From IMG/VR virus record IMGVR_UViG_3300025885_000007: a stretch of 42,768 nucleotides of DNA. One strand, given 5' to 3'. The notes beneath the pieces are model-generated. The model saw nothing but the letters and a program-made list of their open reading frames with translations. It was not told the origin of the DNA and did no database searches. The stretch is from a virus. A program made the position numbers and the translations under genes. Below are positions 23,055 to 31,350 of the stretch, piece by piece; the stretch's first letter is position 1, and each line of letters begins with the position of its first letter.

Positions 23055-23635
23055 AGGTCCTCGTGGCCTGCGAGTTCTCTGGGATAGTCCGAGGCGCCTT
23101 TCACGCTCGCGGTCACGATGCCTGGTCGTGTGATCTGCGGCCGACCGAAGAGTCCTTCCATTGGCACCATCTTAGGCGAGACGTCAGGCATTATCTGACA
23201 AAGAATCAGAAATGGGACCTGATGATCGCTCATCCGCCCTGCACCTACCTCGCGGTATCTGGCGCACGATGGTTCAAAGACCGCCAGCGAGAGCAGGCCG
23301 AGGCGTTGGACTTCGTGCGGACGCTGCTGGGGGCACCCGTCCCACGCATCGCCTTGGAGAACCCCATCAGCGTTATCTCATCGCGCATCCGCAAGCCTGA
23401 CCAGATCGTTCACCCGTGGCAGTTCTGGGCCGGAGAGCCCGGCAAGGGAGAGGTCAAGGCGACGTGCCTATGGCTCAAGAACCTGCCCAAGCTGGTACCC
23501 ACGACTCCGAACGAGACGGGTCGCATCGCCCGCGTGTGGCGCATGGGTCCCGGACCGAACCGGAGCGCAGACCGGGCACGCACTAATCCTGGCTTGGCGC
23601 TGGCGATGGCCGAACAGTGGGGCGCCCATGCCTAG
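23051..23635 (+). CDS. Second phage-type DNA methyltransferase (C5-like), 194 aa
   Basis: VLVACEFSG, HPPCTYLAVSG, ENP and TCLWLKNLP motifs, typical of a phage methylase family. Confidence 0.6.
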   Translation: MKVLVACEFSGIVRGAFHARGHDAWSCDLRPTEESFHWHHLRRDVRHYLTKNQKWDLMIAHPPCTYLAVSGARWFKDRQREQAEALDFVRTLLGAPVPRIALENPISVISSRIRKPDQIVHPWQFWAGEPGKGEVKATCLWLKNLPKLVPTTPNETGRIARVWRMGPGPNRSADRARTNPGLALAMAEQWGAHA

Positions 23636-23990
23636 CGCCCGGATCGAGCTGACGATCCCGACCGTGCCCGAGCGGCTGAACGTTCTGCTCAGGAAGCATT
23701 GGTCCGTGCGCAAGCGCGAGCAGCGGAGGCTCGACGATTGCGTATGGTTCTACCAGCGGCAGCTTCCTATTGCATGGGGCAAAAGCGGGACCATTGACCC
23801 GGCCATAGTGACACTCACGTTTCGTTCGCCCCGGCGCCGGGACCCTGATGGAATGTGCAAGCAAATCCTAGACTCGATGGTCCGCGCTGGCCTGATCGTG
23901 GACGACGGGCCGCCGCACCTAGTCGAACTCCGCCTGCGCTCCGAGCAGGGCCCAGCGCAGACGCGCATCGTCGTGGAGGGGGCGGTATGA
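23628..23990 (+). CDS. rusA: RusA-like Holliday junction resolvase, 120 aa
   Basis: RRRDPDGMCKQILDSMVRAGLIVDDGP motif. Confidence 0.7.
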   Translation: MPSARIELTIPTVPERLNVLLRKHWSVRKREQRRLDDCVWFYQRQLPIAWGKSGTIDPAIVTLTFRSPRRRDPDGMCKQILDSMVRAGLIVDDGPPHLVELRLRSEQGPAQTRIVVEGAV

Positions 23991-24274
23991 GCGGCGACTA
24001 TCCGACCGAGGATGAGTTGGAACGCATCGCTAAGTGGGACGCCGACGACTGCGCGGGGCTGTTCGAGTTCATCCGCTCCGTCTGGCACTGGCCCGACTTC
24101 GCCACGATGGAGGGCGGCATGCTGCGACTGGCCACGGGTGGCTGGAGCGGCAACGAGGACATCATCGGAGCCATGCACGACAACGCCATCGTCTGGCTCA
24201 TGTGCTGGCAGTCGAGCCACCGGGGCGGCTTGCACTGGTTCAAGGACTGGAAACGCGCTAGGGAGAACGAATGA
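23987..24274 (+). CDS. Conserved phage hypothetical protein, 95 aa
   Basis: ATGA overlap; LATGGWSGNEDIIGAM motif. Confidence 0.5.
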   Translation: MSGDYPTEDELERIAKWDADDCAGLFEFIRSVWHWPDFATMEGGMLRLATGGWSGNEDIIGAMHDNAIVWLMCWQSSHRGGLHWFKDWKRARENE

Positions 24275-24308
24275 CCGCCCGCCGCTGCGCTCAGGAGGTG
24301 CTCGCGCT

Positions 24309-24440
24309 GTGAGTGACACCCTGCGTGTCGTCGTGCATAGGGTCACCGATGTTGAGCCGTCGGCTTGGCACGCGGCTGGGGCGCTGCTATTCATCGTGCT
24401 GGCCATCGTCGTTCTGTCTCGGCCGAGGCGCCTCCGATGA
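24309..24440 (+). CDS. 43-aa single-TM protein
   Basis: GTGA at the start and ATGA at the end. TM segment AAGALLFIVLAIVVL followed by RPRRLR. Confidence 0.35.
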   Translation: MSDTLRVVVHRVTDVEPSAWHAAGALLFIVLAIVVLSRPRRLR

Positions 24441-24465
24441 CCGCGCTCGCCGTGCGGGGGATGCG

Positions 24466-25014
24466 GTGAAGCTCTTGGCTTCAGTGGCCAGTGCCATCAT
24501 GCTGGCTTGGACCAACCCCTCAGGGCATCCAATCACGAGATACGAGCAGCAGAGAAAATATCCAGGAGGGAGTTGGTCGGCCTGTGCGCTCTGGGTCGAT
24601 GCTGCGGCTTCCGGGAACAAGACCAGTCCTTCGGGGCCTGGGACGGACGATTCGGGGTGGGTCTATATCCATCCGTCCCCTTCGGTCCCGGCTCTTTATC
24701 GGGTCCGGGCATGCAATGGGACGGCGTGCGGGCCATGGTCCAATCAGGAGATTGTCAGTGCGGCTTCAAGGTGGGTCGCCGCCTCGGTCGATACCCCCTA
24801 CTATCTGCTCCGGGCCGGGAGATGTTCCACGTGCTACTCGGACCCCGCATGGTCTCAGTCCGGGCTCTTAGGTTGGTCACTGGCTCCGGGGGACTCCGTG
24901 GGGTTCCAGATCATGAGCTGCGAGACGGTCAACCGCGCGGAGCGTTCCAACTCGTGCCGCCTCTTTCCGGGGCTTGGCTGGCCGCTTCGGGGAGGCTATC
25001 TTTCGTGTCCATGA
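24466..25014 (+). CDS. FN3-like domain protein with a Cys-rich C-terminus, 182 aa
   Basis: GTG at 24466 (GTGA overlap). LAWTNPSGHPITRYEQQ...YRVRACNGTACGPWSN. Confidence 0.5.
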   Translation: MKLLASVASAIMLAWTNPSGHPITRYEQQRKYPGGSWSACALWVDAAASGNKTSPSGPGTDDSGWVYIHPSPSVPALYRVRACNGTACGPWSNQEIVSAASRWVAASVDTPYYLLRAGRCSTCYSDPAWSQSGLLGWSLAPGDSVGFQIMSCETVNRAERSNSCRLFPGLGWPLRGGYLSCP

Positions 25015-25406
25015 AGCGACTGCTCCTGCTGCTCCTGCTCTTGATCCCGACGCGAGCTGATGCCCAGACCACCAGCCTGACGCTGGAGTGGTCGAGTTCC
25101 GGAGACGACGGCTTCGTCGGCACCGGCACGGCCTACGACCTCCGTTTCTCCACCTCCCCAATCACCGGCGCCAACTTCTTCGCCGCCACTCAATGGACCT
25201 CTGGCATGCCCGTCCCTGCTATCAGTGGAACGGTTCAGTCAGTGGTGATCTCAGGGCTTCAGTTCTCCACCGTCTATTACTTCGCCATCAAGGAGGGGGA
25301 TGAGTCGGGCAACTGGAGCCTCATGAGCAATGTGCTCCAAGTCACCACCGCCCCGGCGCCGGACACGGCACCCCCCGGCCAGATTACGAACCTCCACGCC
25401 AGATGA
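25011..25406 (+). CDS. Secreted FN3-like domain protein, 131 aa
   Basis: Signal peptide MKRLLLLLLLLIPTRADA. LTLEWSSSGDDG...YDLRFSTSPIT...YYFAIKEGDESGNWS. Confidence 0.6.
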   Translation: MKRLLLLLLLLIPTRADAQTTSLTLEWSSSGDDGFVGTGTAYDLRFSTSPITGANFFAATQWTSGMPVPAISGTVQSVVISGLQFSTVYYFAIKEGDESGNWSLMSNVLQVTTAPAPDTAPPGQITNLHAR

Positions 25407-25729
25407 AGCGAGGGACGATCAAGCGCGGCGGGCCGATTCGTCGCGTCTCCCGACAGCAGCGGAATCTGATTTCCCGAGACATCATCTTCCGGGCTCAGAT
25501 CCTGAAGCGGGATGGCGGATGCGTGGTGCGGGGCTACGGGGAGTGCTCGGGTGCTCTGGAGTGCTGCCACGTCAAGCCCAAGGGCAAGTGGCCTGAACTG
25601 CGCTACGACCCGGTCAACGTTTTCATGGGCTGCCGGAGACATCATGCATGGGCGCACCGAGAAGCGATTGGCTTCAAGGCTTGGTTCCGGGAGACCTACC
25701 CGACCCGGGCGGAAGTGTTGAATCTGTGA
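25403..25729 (+). CDS. Small HNH-type nuclease (NinG/Rap-like, tentative), 108 aa
   Basis: Basic N-terminus. CCHVKPKG...DPVNVFMGCRRHHAWAH. Confidence 0.55.
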   Translation: MKRGTIKRGGPIRRVSRQQRNLISRDIIFRAQILKRDGGCVVRGYGECSGALECCHVKPKGKWPELRYDPVNVFMGCRRHHAWAHREAIGFKAWFRETYPTRAEVLNL

Positions 25730-25795
25730 GCGCCCCCAGGATCGCTCCGGCCGACTCCTAAACCGGCTGTCCACTCGGAAGCGCCCACAGAACAC

Positions 25796-26119
25796 CTAGG
25801 CCTTCTGAAGCCCTGCCGCGATGGCCGGATGCCGGACGAAGAACTCGTGCAGCAGACTGGCCTGAACCGATTGCCATACCGCTCCGGCAATGGGACCCAG
25901 GAACGAGAATGCGCCCCCAAGACTGAAGGCCACCACCAACGGACCCCCCGAGGCATGGGCCGTCCCGGGAGCCAGCACCTGACCCAGGAAGGCGAGCAGG
26001 GTGTTGAGGTAGGGAATGATGGCATTGGGGATCTTGGCCAGCGGCGGGAAGTACTTGACCAGCAGGCCCACCACCAGAAGCACCAGAGGATTCTGAAGGA
26101 TGGCTGAGAAGGCATCCAT
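25796..26119 (-). CDS. Multi-TM membrane protein, holin candidate (107 aa)
   Basis: AGGAG SD. Three hydrophobic segments. Last gene of the lysis cluster. Confidence 0.5.
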   Translation of the reverse strand: MDAFSAILQNPLVLLVVGLLVKYFPPLAKIPNAIIPYLNTLLAFLGQVLAPGTAHASGGPLVVAFSLGGAFSFLGPIAGAVWQSVQASLLHEFFVRHPAIAAGLQKA

Positions 26120-26128
26120 GCTTGGCTC

Positions 26129-26485
26129 CTACTTGAGGACGCGATAGGAGAGATGGACCCGGGCGTTCCAATCGGGACTATCCGTCCAGTCGCGGTCGAA
26201 GTTGCCGGCGAGGGTCAACTCGTCGGTGATCGGAAGCCGCAGTTCGGCCCCCAGGAAAAAGGGATCGCAGTTGCCCCGCCTCGGTGGAACTGGCACTAGG
26301 ATGGTCGGGCAGTCCGGACACTCCTTGTCCCAGCGGAAACCTGCCGTCACGGCAAAGCCATCCTTGATTTTCTGCCATGCACAGGAACTCGGAGCCGGCT
26401 GCTTGCCCTTGGCGCGGTGGAGGTCGTTGCAGTTTGCCAGTGCCGGGCTGGCCACCAGCATCAGAAATACGGCCAGAAGCTTCAT
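26129..26485 (-). CDS. Secreted 6-Cys protein (118 aa), possible outer spanin-like component
   Basis: ATGA overlap. Signal peptide MKLLAVFLMLVASPALA-NC; the lipobox is atypical. Confidence 0.4.
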   Translation of the reverse strand: MKLLAVFLMLVASPALANCNDLHRAKGKQPAPSSCAWQKIKDGFAVTAGFRWDKECPDCPTILVPVPPRRGNCDPFFLGAELRLPITDELTLAGNFDRDWTDSPDWNARVHLSYRVLK

Positions 26486-26886
26486 CAGCGTCTCTCCCAG
26501 TGGGGGTAGGGCGGCCCGACCGGAGCAGTCAGTCTGGCTTCGCGCTCCAGTCGGGCAATCATCAACTCCTGTCGGTCCATCCGCTCCGTCATCTCGGCCA
26601 GAATCCCCAGCACCGCATTGGTGTTGGCGTTGGAATAGGTGAGCTTGGTCTCGGTCGAGTCCAACTTGCCCTCGACCGCCTCGGTTTTCTGCTGTTGATG
26701 ATTGGCCACCACCGCCGAGGGGGTGATGATCGCGGCCAGAAGGCCCACGATCCGGCCTGTCAGCTTGGTCGATGCCTCCCACTCCGGGGGTACGTACCGA
26801 AGCGGGTTGCCCCAATGACGCTTACGGGAGCGGGTTCGCCGCGACCGCATCCGCGAGGGCCTGGGTCTGGGCTTCGATCTGGGCAT
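26485..26886 (-). CDS. N-terminal TM plus coiled-coil protein, i-spanin-like (133 aa; alternative start 26850)
   Basis: Arg-rich N-terminus, TM segment IVGLLAAIITPSAVV, then a helical region. Confidence 0.45.
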   Translation of the reverse strand: MPRSKPRPRPSRMRSRRTRSRKRHWGNPLRYVPPEWEASTKLTGRIVGLLAAIITPSAVVANHQQQKTEAVEGKLDSTETKLTYSNANTNAVLGILAEMTERMDRQELMIARLEREARLTAPVGPPYPHWERR

Positions 26887-27124
26887 TGACGGCCACGACG
26901 CGACTCATGTCACCCGAGGCAATGGCGGCATCCAGCGCCGCCTTGAGTCCCTGAAGTAGGGTTACCGCCGAGGCAATGACTCCAGCCTCTGCGGCGACGT
27001 CGGCTTCCAGCTTGTCCAGCTCTCCAGCCATGTGTTGCTCCTTTCGGTTGATACTGATCAGCGCCCGCTCGATGCGGGCGAGTGTAGCGTGGATCAAATC
27101 CAGCTCGTCCTGAATCCAGCTCAA
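26822..27124 (-). CDS. Coiled-coil protein, 100 aa
   Basis: ORF track; ATGA overlap with the upstream gene. Confidence 0.45.
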   Translation of the reverse strand: MSWIQDELDLIHATLARIERALISINRKEQHMAGELDKLEADVAAEAGVIASAVTLLQGLKAALDAAIASGDMSRVVAVNAQIEAQTQALADAVAANPLP

Positions 27125-27408
27125 TGGCCCCTCACGAGCAGACCCACCACTCCCAGCGTCAAGGCGACGACCAGACCGATCAGCCAGCGCATCTCCGCCT
27201 TGGTGACGAACTCGTTCCGGTCTGACAGAGACTGCTCATGCGCGTGGTTCAGGATGTCGAGCCTCCGTTCCAGTTCTCTGCGAGCCAGTTGGACCGCACG
27301 GTCGATACTGTTCTCGGTCCGGTCGATCCTAGCTTCCAGTGCCCGGGCCCGCTCTTCCACCCGGGTGATGGTGATGGCGATTTGCTCACTGTCCTCGGAC
27401 AGGCTCAT
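27121..27408 (-). CDS. Coiled-coil protein with a C-terminal TM anchor, 95 aa
   Basis: ORF track; WLIGLVVALTLGVVGLLV at the C-terminus. Confidence 0.5.
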   Translation of the reverse strand: MSLSEDSEQIAITITRVEERARALEARIDRTENSIDRAVQLARRELERRLDILNHAHEQSLSDRNEFVTKAEMRWLIGLVVALTLGVVGLLVRGH

Positions 27409-27524
27409 CGCTGACAGTAGGAGACGATGAACAGGAGCAGCAGGGTCAGGAACCCGGTCGCCACGGAGGCGATCCGGTAGCGATTGAAGCTAAGAACCGT
27501 TCTGAAGCTGGCGGATTTGCTCAC
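27405..27524 (-). CDS. 39-aa single-TM ORF (VSKSASFRTVLSFNRYRIASVATGFLTLLLLFIVSYCQR)
   Basis: GTG preceded by GGAGGG. Its TGA overlaps ATG 27408. Below the track cutoff. Confidence 0.35.
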   Translation of the reverse strand: MSKSASFRTVLSFNRYRIASVATGFLTLLLLFIVSYCQR

Positions 27525-27681
27525 GGGCTTCGGCCCTCCATTCGCGCAGCGATTCCAGGTCTTCATCGTGAGCCAGCAACTTGTTCCCGTGCTCCCCCAC
27601 CCGCCACCACACTACCCCCGACTGCGCCACCACCCCCAGCACCATGATCCATAGCTTCGGGTCGCTCAACCACTCGGCCAT
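27490..27681 (-). CDS. 63-aa N-terminal TM plus helical protein
   Basis: ATG at 27681 with an AGGGGG SD; LWIMVLGVVAQSGVVWW. It starts where the endolysin catalytic domain ends. Confidence 0.45.
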   Translation of the reverse strand: MAEWLSDPKLWIMVLGVVAQSGVVWWRVGEHGNKLLAHDEDLESLREWRAEAREQIRQLQNGS

Positions 27682-28099
27682 TGTCTGCCCCCTGGATTCG
27701 TTCTGCCCTTCTCTGACCGAGCGTCTTCCCACCATGATGCTCGAAATGGGGCATGTCGGGATGCTTCCATCTGCCTCCCCAGTCGAGCCCAACTTGTTCG
27801 CCCAAATCTCCGACTTCGCTCCATGGCCCATCGTAGTAGTTGAGCGGCGTGATGTCGCCCGCCCACTTCTTGATCGCTACGTCGAAGGCCCTTCGGAATT
27901 CGTGCCAGCTGTACCCAGGGGGTGAGTTAGTGACGACGATTCCGACCTTGGTCCTGCCTTGAGCGTAGAGAGCGGCCTGTTCCTCCGCGGTCCTATAGGT
28001 CTGGGTCACGACTAGCTCGATGCCATGAGATAGAGCCGAGGCCAGCAAGTCCTCCGCCATGATCCGGACGTCTGGGTCCAACTCGCTCAGCGATCTCAT
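27563..28099 (-). CDS. Endolysin, peptidase M15 (L-alanyl-D-glutamate / VanY-like) family
   Basis: SWHEFRRAFD and WGGRWKHPDMPHFEH motifs. The last ~40 codons are low-complexity and overlap the next gene. Confidence 0.8.
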   Translation of the reverse strand: MRSLSELDPDVRIMAEDLLASALSHGIELVVTQTYRTAEEQAALYAQGRTKVGIVVTNSPPGYSWHEFRRAFDVAIKKWAGDITPLNYYDGPWSEVGDLGEQVGLDWGGRWKHPDMPHFEHHGGKTLGQRRAERIQGADNGRVVERPEAMDHGAGGGGAVGGSVVAGGGAREQVAGSR

Positions 28100-28112
28100 T
28101 GCACCTCGTTAT

Positions 28113-28170
28113 CCGGAGCGCGGGGGCATCCATGCCCCACGGGTAGCCGACGCGGCCCGCTGCGCTCCGG
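28113..28170 (-). promoter_or_regulatory. Nested stem-loop between the internal-protein gene and the endolysin
   Basis: Outer 9-bp stem: CCGGAGCGC (28113-28121) pairs with GCGCTCCGG (28162-28170). Inner hairpin: GGGGCA-tcca-TGCCCC. Confidence 0.45.
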
Positions 28171-28173
28171 AAG

Positions 28174-29400
28174 TTAGTAAGCCTTCTCGGGCGGTCCGGG
28201 CATCACGGCTTGCGCTGCCCCGACTCCGGTTCTCAGAATATTGGTGGCCAGCGGGGCAAGCATGGGATTGCCCAGCGCCCATGAAGCAAGCGCAAGCCTT
28301 GAAGCCAGCCCCGGAGGAATGGTCACTCCCGCCTTTACGGGGCCGACCCCAACCCCAATGCCAGCCGAGTAGGGCTTGATCTCAGACTCGAAGACGGCCC
28401 GAGAGACGCCGATGGCTTTCTTCTCCACGGCTCTCGCTGCGCGGACGCCGGGGATGGTCTTGACTGCATTGCTGGCCCCTTGGGCAATCATTCGATCCAA
28501 ATCTGGGATCGCAGTCGTGGGCAGACCAGAGGCTTCGGCCATCAGCGAACCTTTGGCCTGCCGGGCGGCGGCCTTCCGCAGTTCGTCGGCCACCATCGGG
28601 GTGACGGGAGCCTGGAAACGCTTCTCTCCGACTCCCAGCACGGACTTGAGCAGTAGTTCGTCCGAACGATCCTGAACGGTCTTCACTAGGTCAATGGTTT
28701 CGGTCGGGTCGAGCGGGCGGCCCAGCTTCTTCTCCACCGCCTGGACTGCGGGGGCGGCGACGTGGCCAATGTCAAAGGTAGTGCCTTTATTTGTCGCGGC
28801 ACGGAGCAGTCCGACGACCTTGCCGGTGGCATCTCGTCTGACTTGGTCGGCCGCCTCTGCCCCACCCTTACCCATCCACCGATTGACCGTGGCCCCTTGC
28901 CTCAGCGCATCCTCAACCACGGTCCGGAAGTTCTTGACCAATCCCTTAGAGGGAGCAAGCGCCCGAGCCATCTGAGCGCGCCCAAATGCCTCGCCACCGG
29001 ATTTAAGGGCCGGGGCTAGGACCTTGCCCGGAAGACCCTCAGCGGCCCCGTATAGGGCAGCGTTGCTCGCCTGCTGGCCGTAGGCCTCGGGGAGATTGGC
29101 TGGCCCTTCGACTCCAAGGGGCCCGGATAGGGACTGCTCTACGGCCTTGCCGAGTGCCGCCCCCATCATCGCCGTGCCGATGGCTCCGGGTCCGGTCTCC
29201 AGTCCCAGCACCCCGCCTAGCGTGGCTCCGACCGCGGGAAGGTTCTTGGCCTGCGACCGGGCGAGTTGCTTCAAGAATCCCGGCTGGGCGCGGGTGTGCT
29301 CTTTGACCACGACCGCAGGAGCGCCCCCAGCCTCTTGGGCCAAGGCGTCGTAGTCCACCGCCCCCATAGATTGGGCGATCTTGTCGTAGTCCTTGGCCAC
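28174..29400 (-). CDS. Putative internal virion/ejection protein, 408 aa (Ala/Gly-rich)
   Basis: GTG at 29400 directly after the upstream TAG. Assigned by position in the late operon only. Confidence 0.35.
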   Translation of the reverse strand: MAKDYDKIAQSMGAVDYDALAQEAGGAPAVVVKEHTRAQPGFLKQLARSQAKNLPAVGATLGGVLGLETGPGAIGTAMMGAALGKAVEQSLSGPLGVEGPANLPEAYGQQASNAALYGAAEGLPGKVLAPALKSGGEAFGRAQMARALAPSKGLVKNFRTVVEDALRQGATVNRWMGKGGAEAADQVRRDATGKVVGLLRAATNKGTTFDIGHVAAPAVQAVEKKLGRPLDPTETIDLVKTVQDRSDELLLKSVLGVGEKRFQAPVTPMVADELRKAAARQAKGSLMAEASGLPTTAIPDLDRMIAQGASNAVKTIPGVRAARAVEKKAIGVSRAVFESEIKPYSAGIGVGVGPVKAGVTIPPGLASRLALASWALGNPMLAPLATNILRTGVGAAQAVMPGPPEKAY

Positions 29401-30693
29401 CTACGGAATCCCCGCGCGCTTCTTGAAGGCGTCGGCCTGCGCTTGGCTCGTAAAGTGGTAGGTCTTCTTGTTGGGGGCGGTCACGGAAATGAGCCCGGGA
29501 GACTCGGCCGGAGCAGGCTGGAATCCGCCGCCTTCCGAAGAGGTTGGGGTCAAGGCTCCCACCTGATTGATCGAATTGATGCGGTACTGGAGGTTCTTCT
29601 TCTCGCGGTTGACTCCTGCCACGATTCGGTTCAGCGGCCAGTCGGCGCTCAGGACTCTTTCAGCCAACTGCATGGCCTTGTCCGAAGGGACACCGCCCGC
29701 CGAGTAGATGTTGGACATCTCAGGAATCAGTGTCGCCACTTGGCCATTGAGTTCGGTGGCCACTTGCTGGGCCTCTGGGCTCATCAGGCCCCACTCTCGC
29801 GATCCCTTGACCAGAAGCTTATTGATCGGGGTGTTCCGAGTACTCGGCGACAGTTCATTGAGCCGAGTCGCGAGAGAGACCACATCGTCCAGTCCCGGCA
29901 TGACCGTAGTGGCTGACTGGCGAATCTGAGTCTGGAGTCTTCCGTTCAAGGTGGTGAAATGCGCCTTGACGGCAGAGAAATCCTGCTGGGCCCGAGAGAG
30001 GTTGAAGCCCGACTTGGCCAACTCTGTGGCCACCGGACCTTGGGCCAGCCGTGAGTATTGGCTCAGGTTCGGGGGCAAGTCGCCTCGCTGGATTCCTTCC
30101 GCAATGGCTTTGGGATCGGTGGCGGAGTAGGACTGTCCGTAGACCCCGCCGCCACCCGCAGGCTTGGCGTTGGCGACCGCAAGCTTGTTCTCTCGGTCGA
30201 GCTTGCTCTGTTCCGACCTGAAGGTATGGTCAGCGTTCTGCTTCACCAAATCATAGGTCTTGGAAAGGGCTTCCAGCTTGGTCCTAGCTGTGGCTTCCGC
30301 TTCAAAGTCCCCTGCCTTCTGGGCTGCTTCCGCCTTCTGCTTGAACACATCTTGGAGGGCTTGGAGGTTGTCGGCCCGCTGCTGGAGAAGTTGGGCTCTG
30401 GACTGTTTGACTTGCTGCTGACCTTCCTGCTGATAGGAGGGATTCCCGGATAGGACCGAGGCCACGTTGCCGAACAGGGCCGGGATCAGAGCCTGGAACA
30501 TTCCCAAGTCTGGAGCTGGCTGCTGGGCCGCTTGCTGGTACTGCTGTCCTGCCTGCTGGGCGGCCTGGGTGGCCTGCTGGGTGTGCTGGGCCAGAGCCTC
30601 AGCGATCTGCTGCTGGAGGGCATCCATGGGCGTCTGAGCCGTCATGCCCTGGAGCGTGCCGTTCAGGTTGCCGAGAATGTCTGCCGTGGCCAT
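29401..30693 (-). CDS. Putative internal virion/ejection protein, 430 aa (Gln-rich N-terminus)
   Basis: ORF track; assigned by position. Confidence 0.35.
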   Translation of the reverse strand: MATADILGNLNGTLQGMTAQTPMDALQQQIAEALAQHTQQATQAAQQAGQQYQQAAQQPAPDLGMFQALIPALFGNVASVLSGNPSYQQEGQQQVKQSRAQLLQQRADNLQALQDVFKQKAEAAQKAGDFEAEATARTKLEALSKTYDLVKQNADHTFRSEQSKLDRENKLAVANAKPAGGGGVYGQSYSATDPKAIAEGIQRGDLPPNLSQYSRLAQGPVATELAKSGFNLSRAQQDFSAVKAHFTTLNGRLQTQIRQSATTVMPGLDDVVSLATRLNELSPSTRNTPINKLLVKGSREWGLMSPEAQQVATELNGQVATLIPEMSNIYSAGGVPSDKAMQLAERVLSADWPLNRIVAGVNREKKNLQYRINSINQVGALTPTSSEGGGFQPAPAESPGLISVTAPNKKTYHFTSQAQADAFKKRAGIP

Positions 30694-30696
30694 TGG

Positions 30697-31299
30697 CTAC
30701 TGATACCCGAGGCTGCCCTGACGTGATCCAGTTGTGCTCCAAGAGCCGCCGCCACCAGTTCCCGCATACCTCTGTTTCAGCCACTGCTCCAGCAGAGGGC
30801 CAAAGGAACTGAGCCCCGCCCCAAAGTACTGCTGGGTCTGGCTAGGTCCCTGGCTGCCCTGAAGCGCAGCGAGCTGGGCTTGGATGTCTGAGTCAGCCTG
30901 ATTCTGTGCCGCCCCGTAGGCTGAAGTCCGAAGCTGGGACTGCTGGCTCCCCACGATGGAGGGAAGCAGGCTGGAGAGAATGGCTCCGGTCCCCGAGGTC
31001 CCGATACCCCTTGCCCCCAAAGCAGACTGGAGCCCGCCTTGAGTGGCATTGGCTCCGGCCGCAATCTGCCCCTGTGCCTGTGAGAACGCCGGGGAGCCCT
31101 GAGCCTGCTGATAGTACTTGTTGATCAGGTCAGGACGTTGGGTCAGGAGCTTCGCCACCATGGCCCGGTAGTGGGCTTGGGGGTCGCCCCCGAAGAGATG
31201 CGACAAGAGGCCGGGCAGGAAGGAGAACAGGCCCCCGGTCAGGAGCGATCCGATCCCTCCGGTCGCCGCACCCGCAACGGCGGGAAGTGCTGAGGACAT
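30697..31299 (-). CDS. Gly/Gln-rich putative virion protein, 200 aa
   Basis: ATG at 31299 with a GGAGGTGA SD. Confidence 0.4.
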   Translation of the reverse strand: MSSALPAVAGAATGGIGSLLTGGLFSFLPGLLSHLFGGDPQAHYRAMVAKLLTQRPDLINKYYQQAQGSPAFSQAQGQIAAGANATQGGLQSALGARGIGTSGTGAILSSLLPSIVGSQQSQLRTSAYGAAQNQADSDIQAQLAALQGSQGPSQTQQYFGAGLSSFGPLLEQWLKQRYAGTGGGGSWSTTGSRQGSLGYQ

Positions 31300-31350
31300 T
31301 GGCTCACCTCCATGTGTCGAGCGGCAGGATAGCACCGCCCGGAACGATGT

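Noticed and set aside
25730-25795. Bidirectional terminator expected at the convergent junction of the two blocks
   Set aside because: Only weak 4-5 bp stems (GAGCG...CGCTC) are present and there is no U-tract, so I did not call a terminator.
27563-27681. C-terminal 40 residues of the endolysin as a functional extra domain
   Set aside because: It is a Gly/Ala/Val/Arg low-complexity tail that lies entirely within the next gene in another frame. It is probably just run-on to the first stop. I kept the track coordinates but place no weight on the tail.
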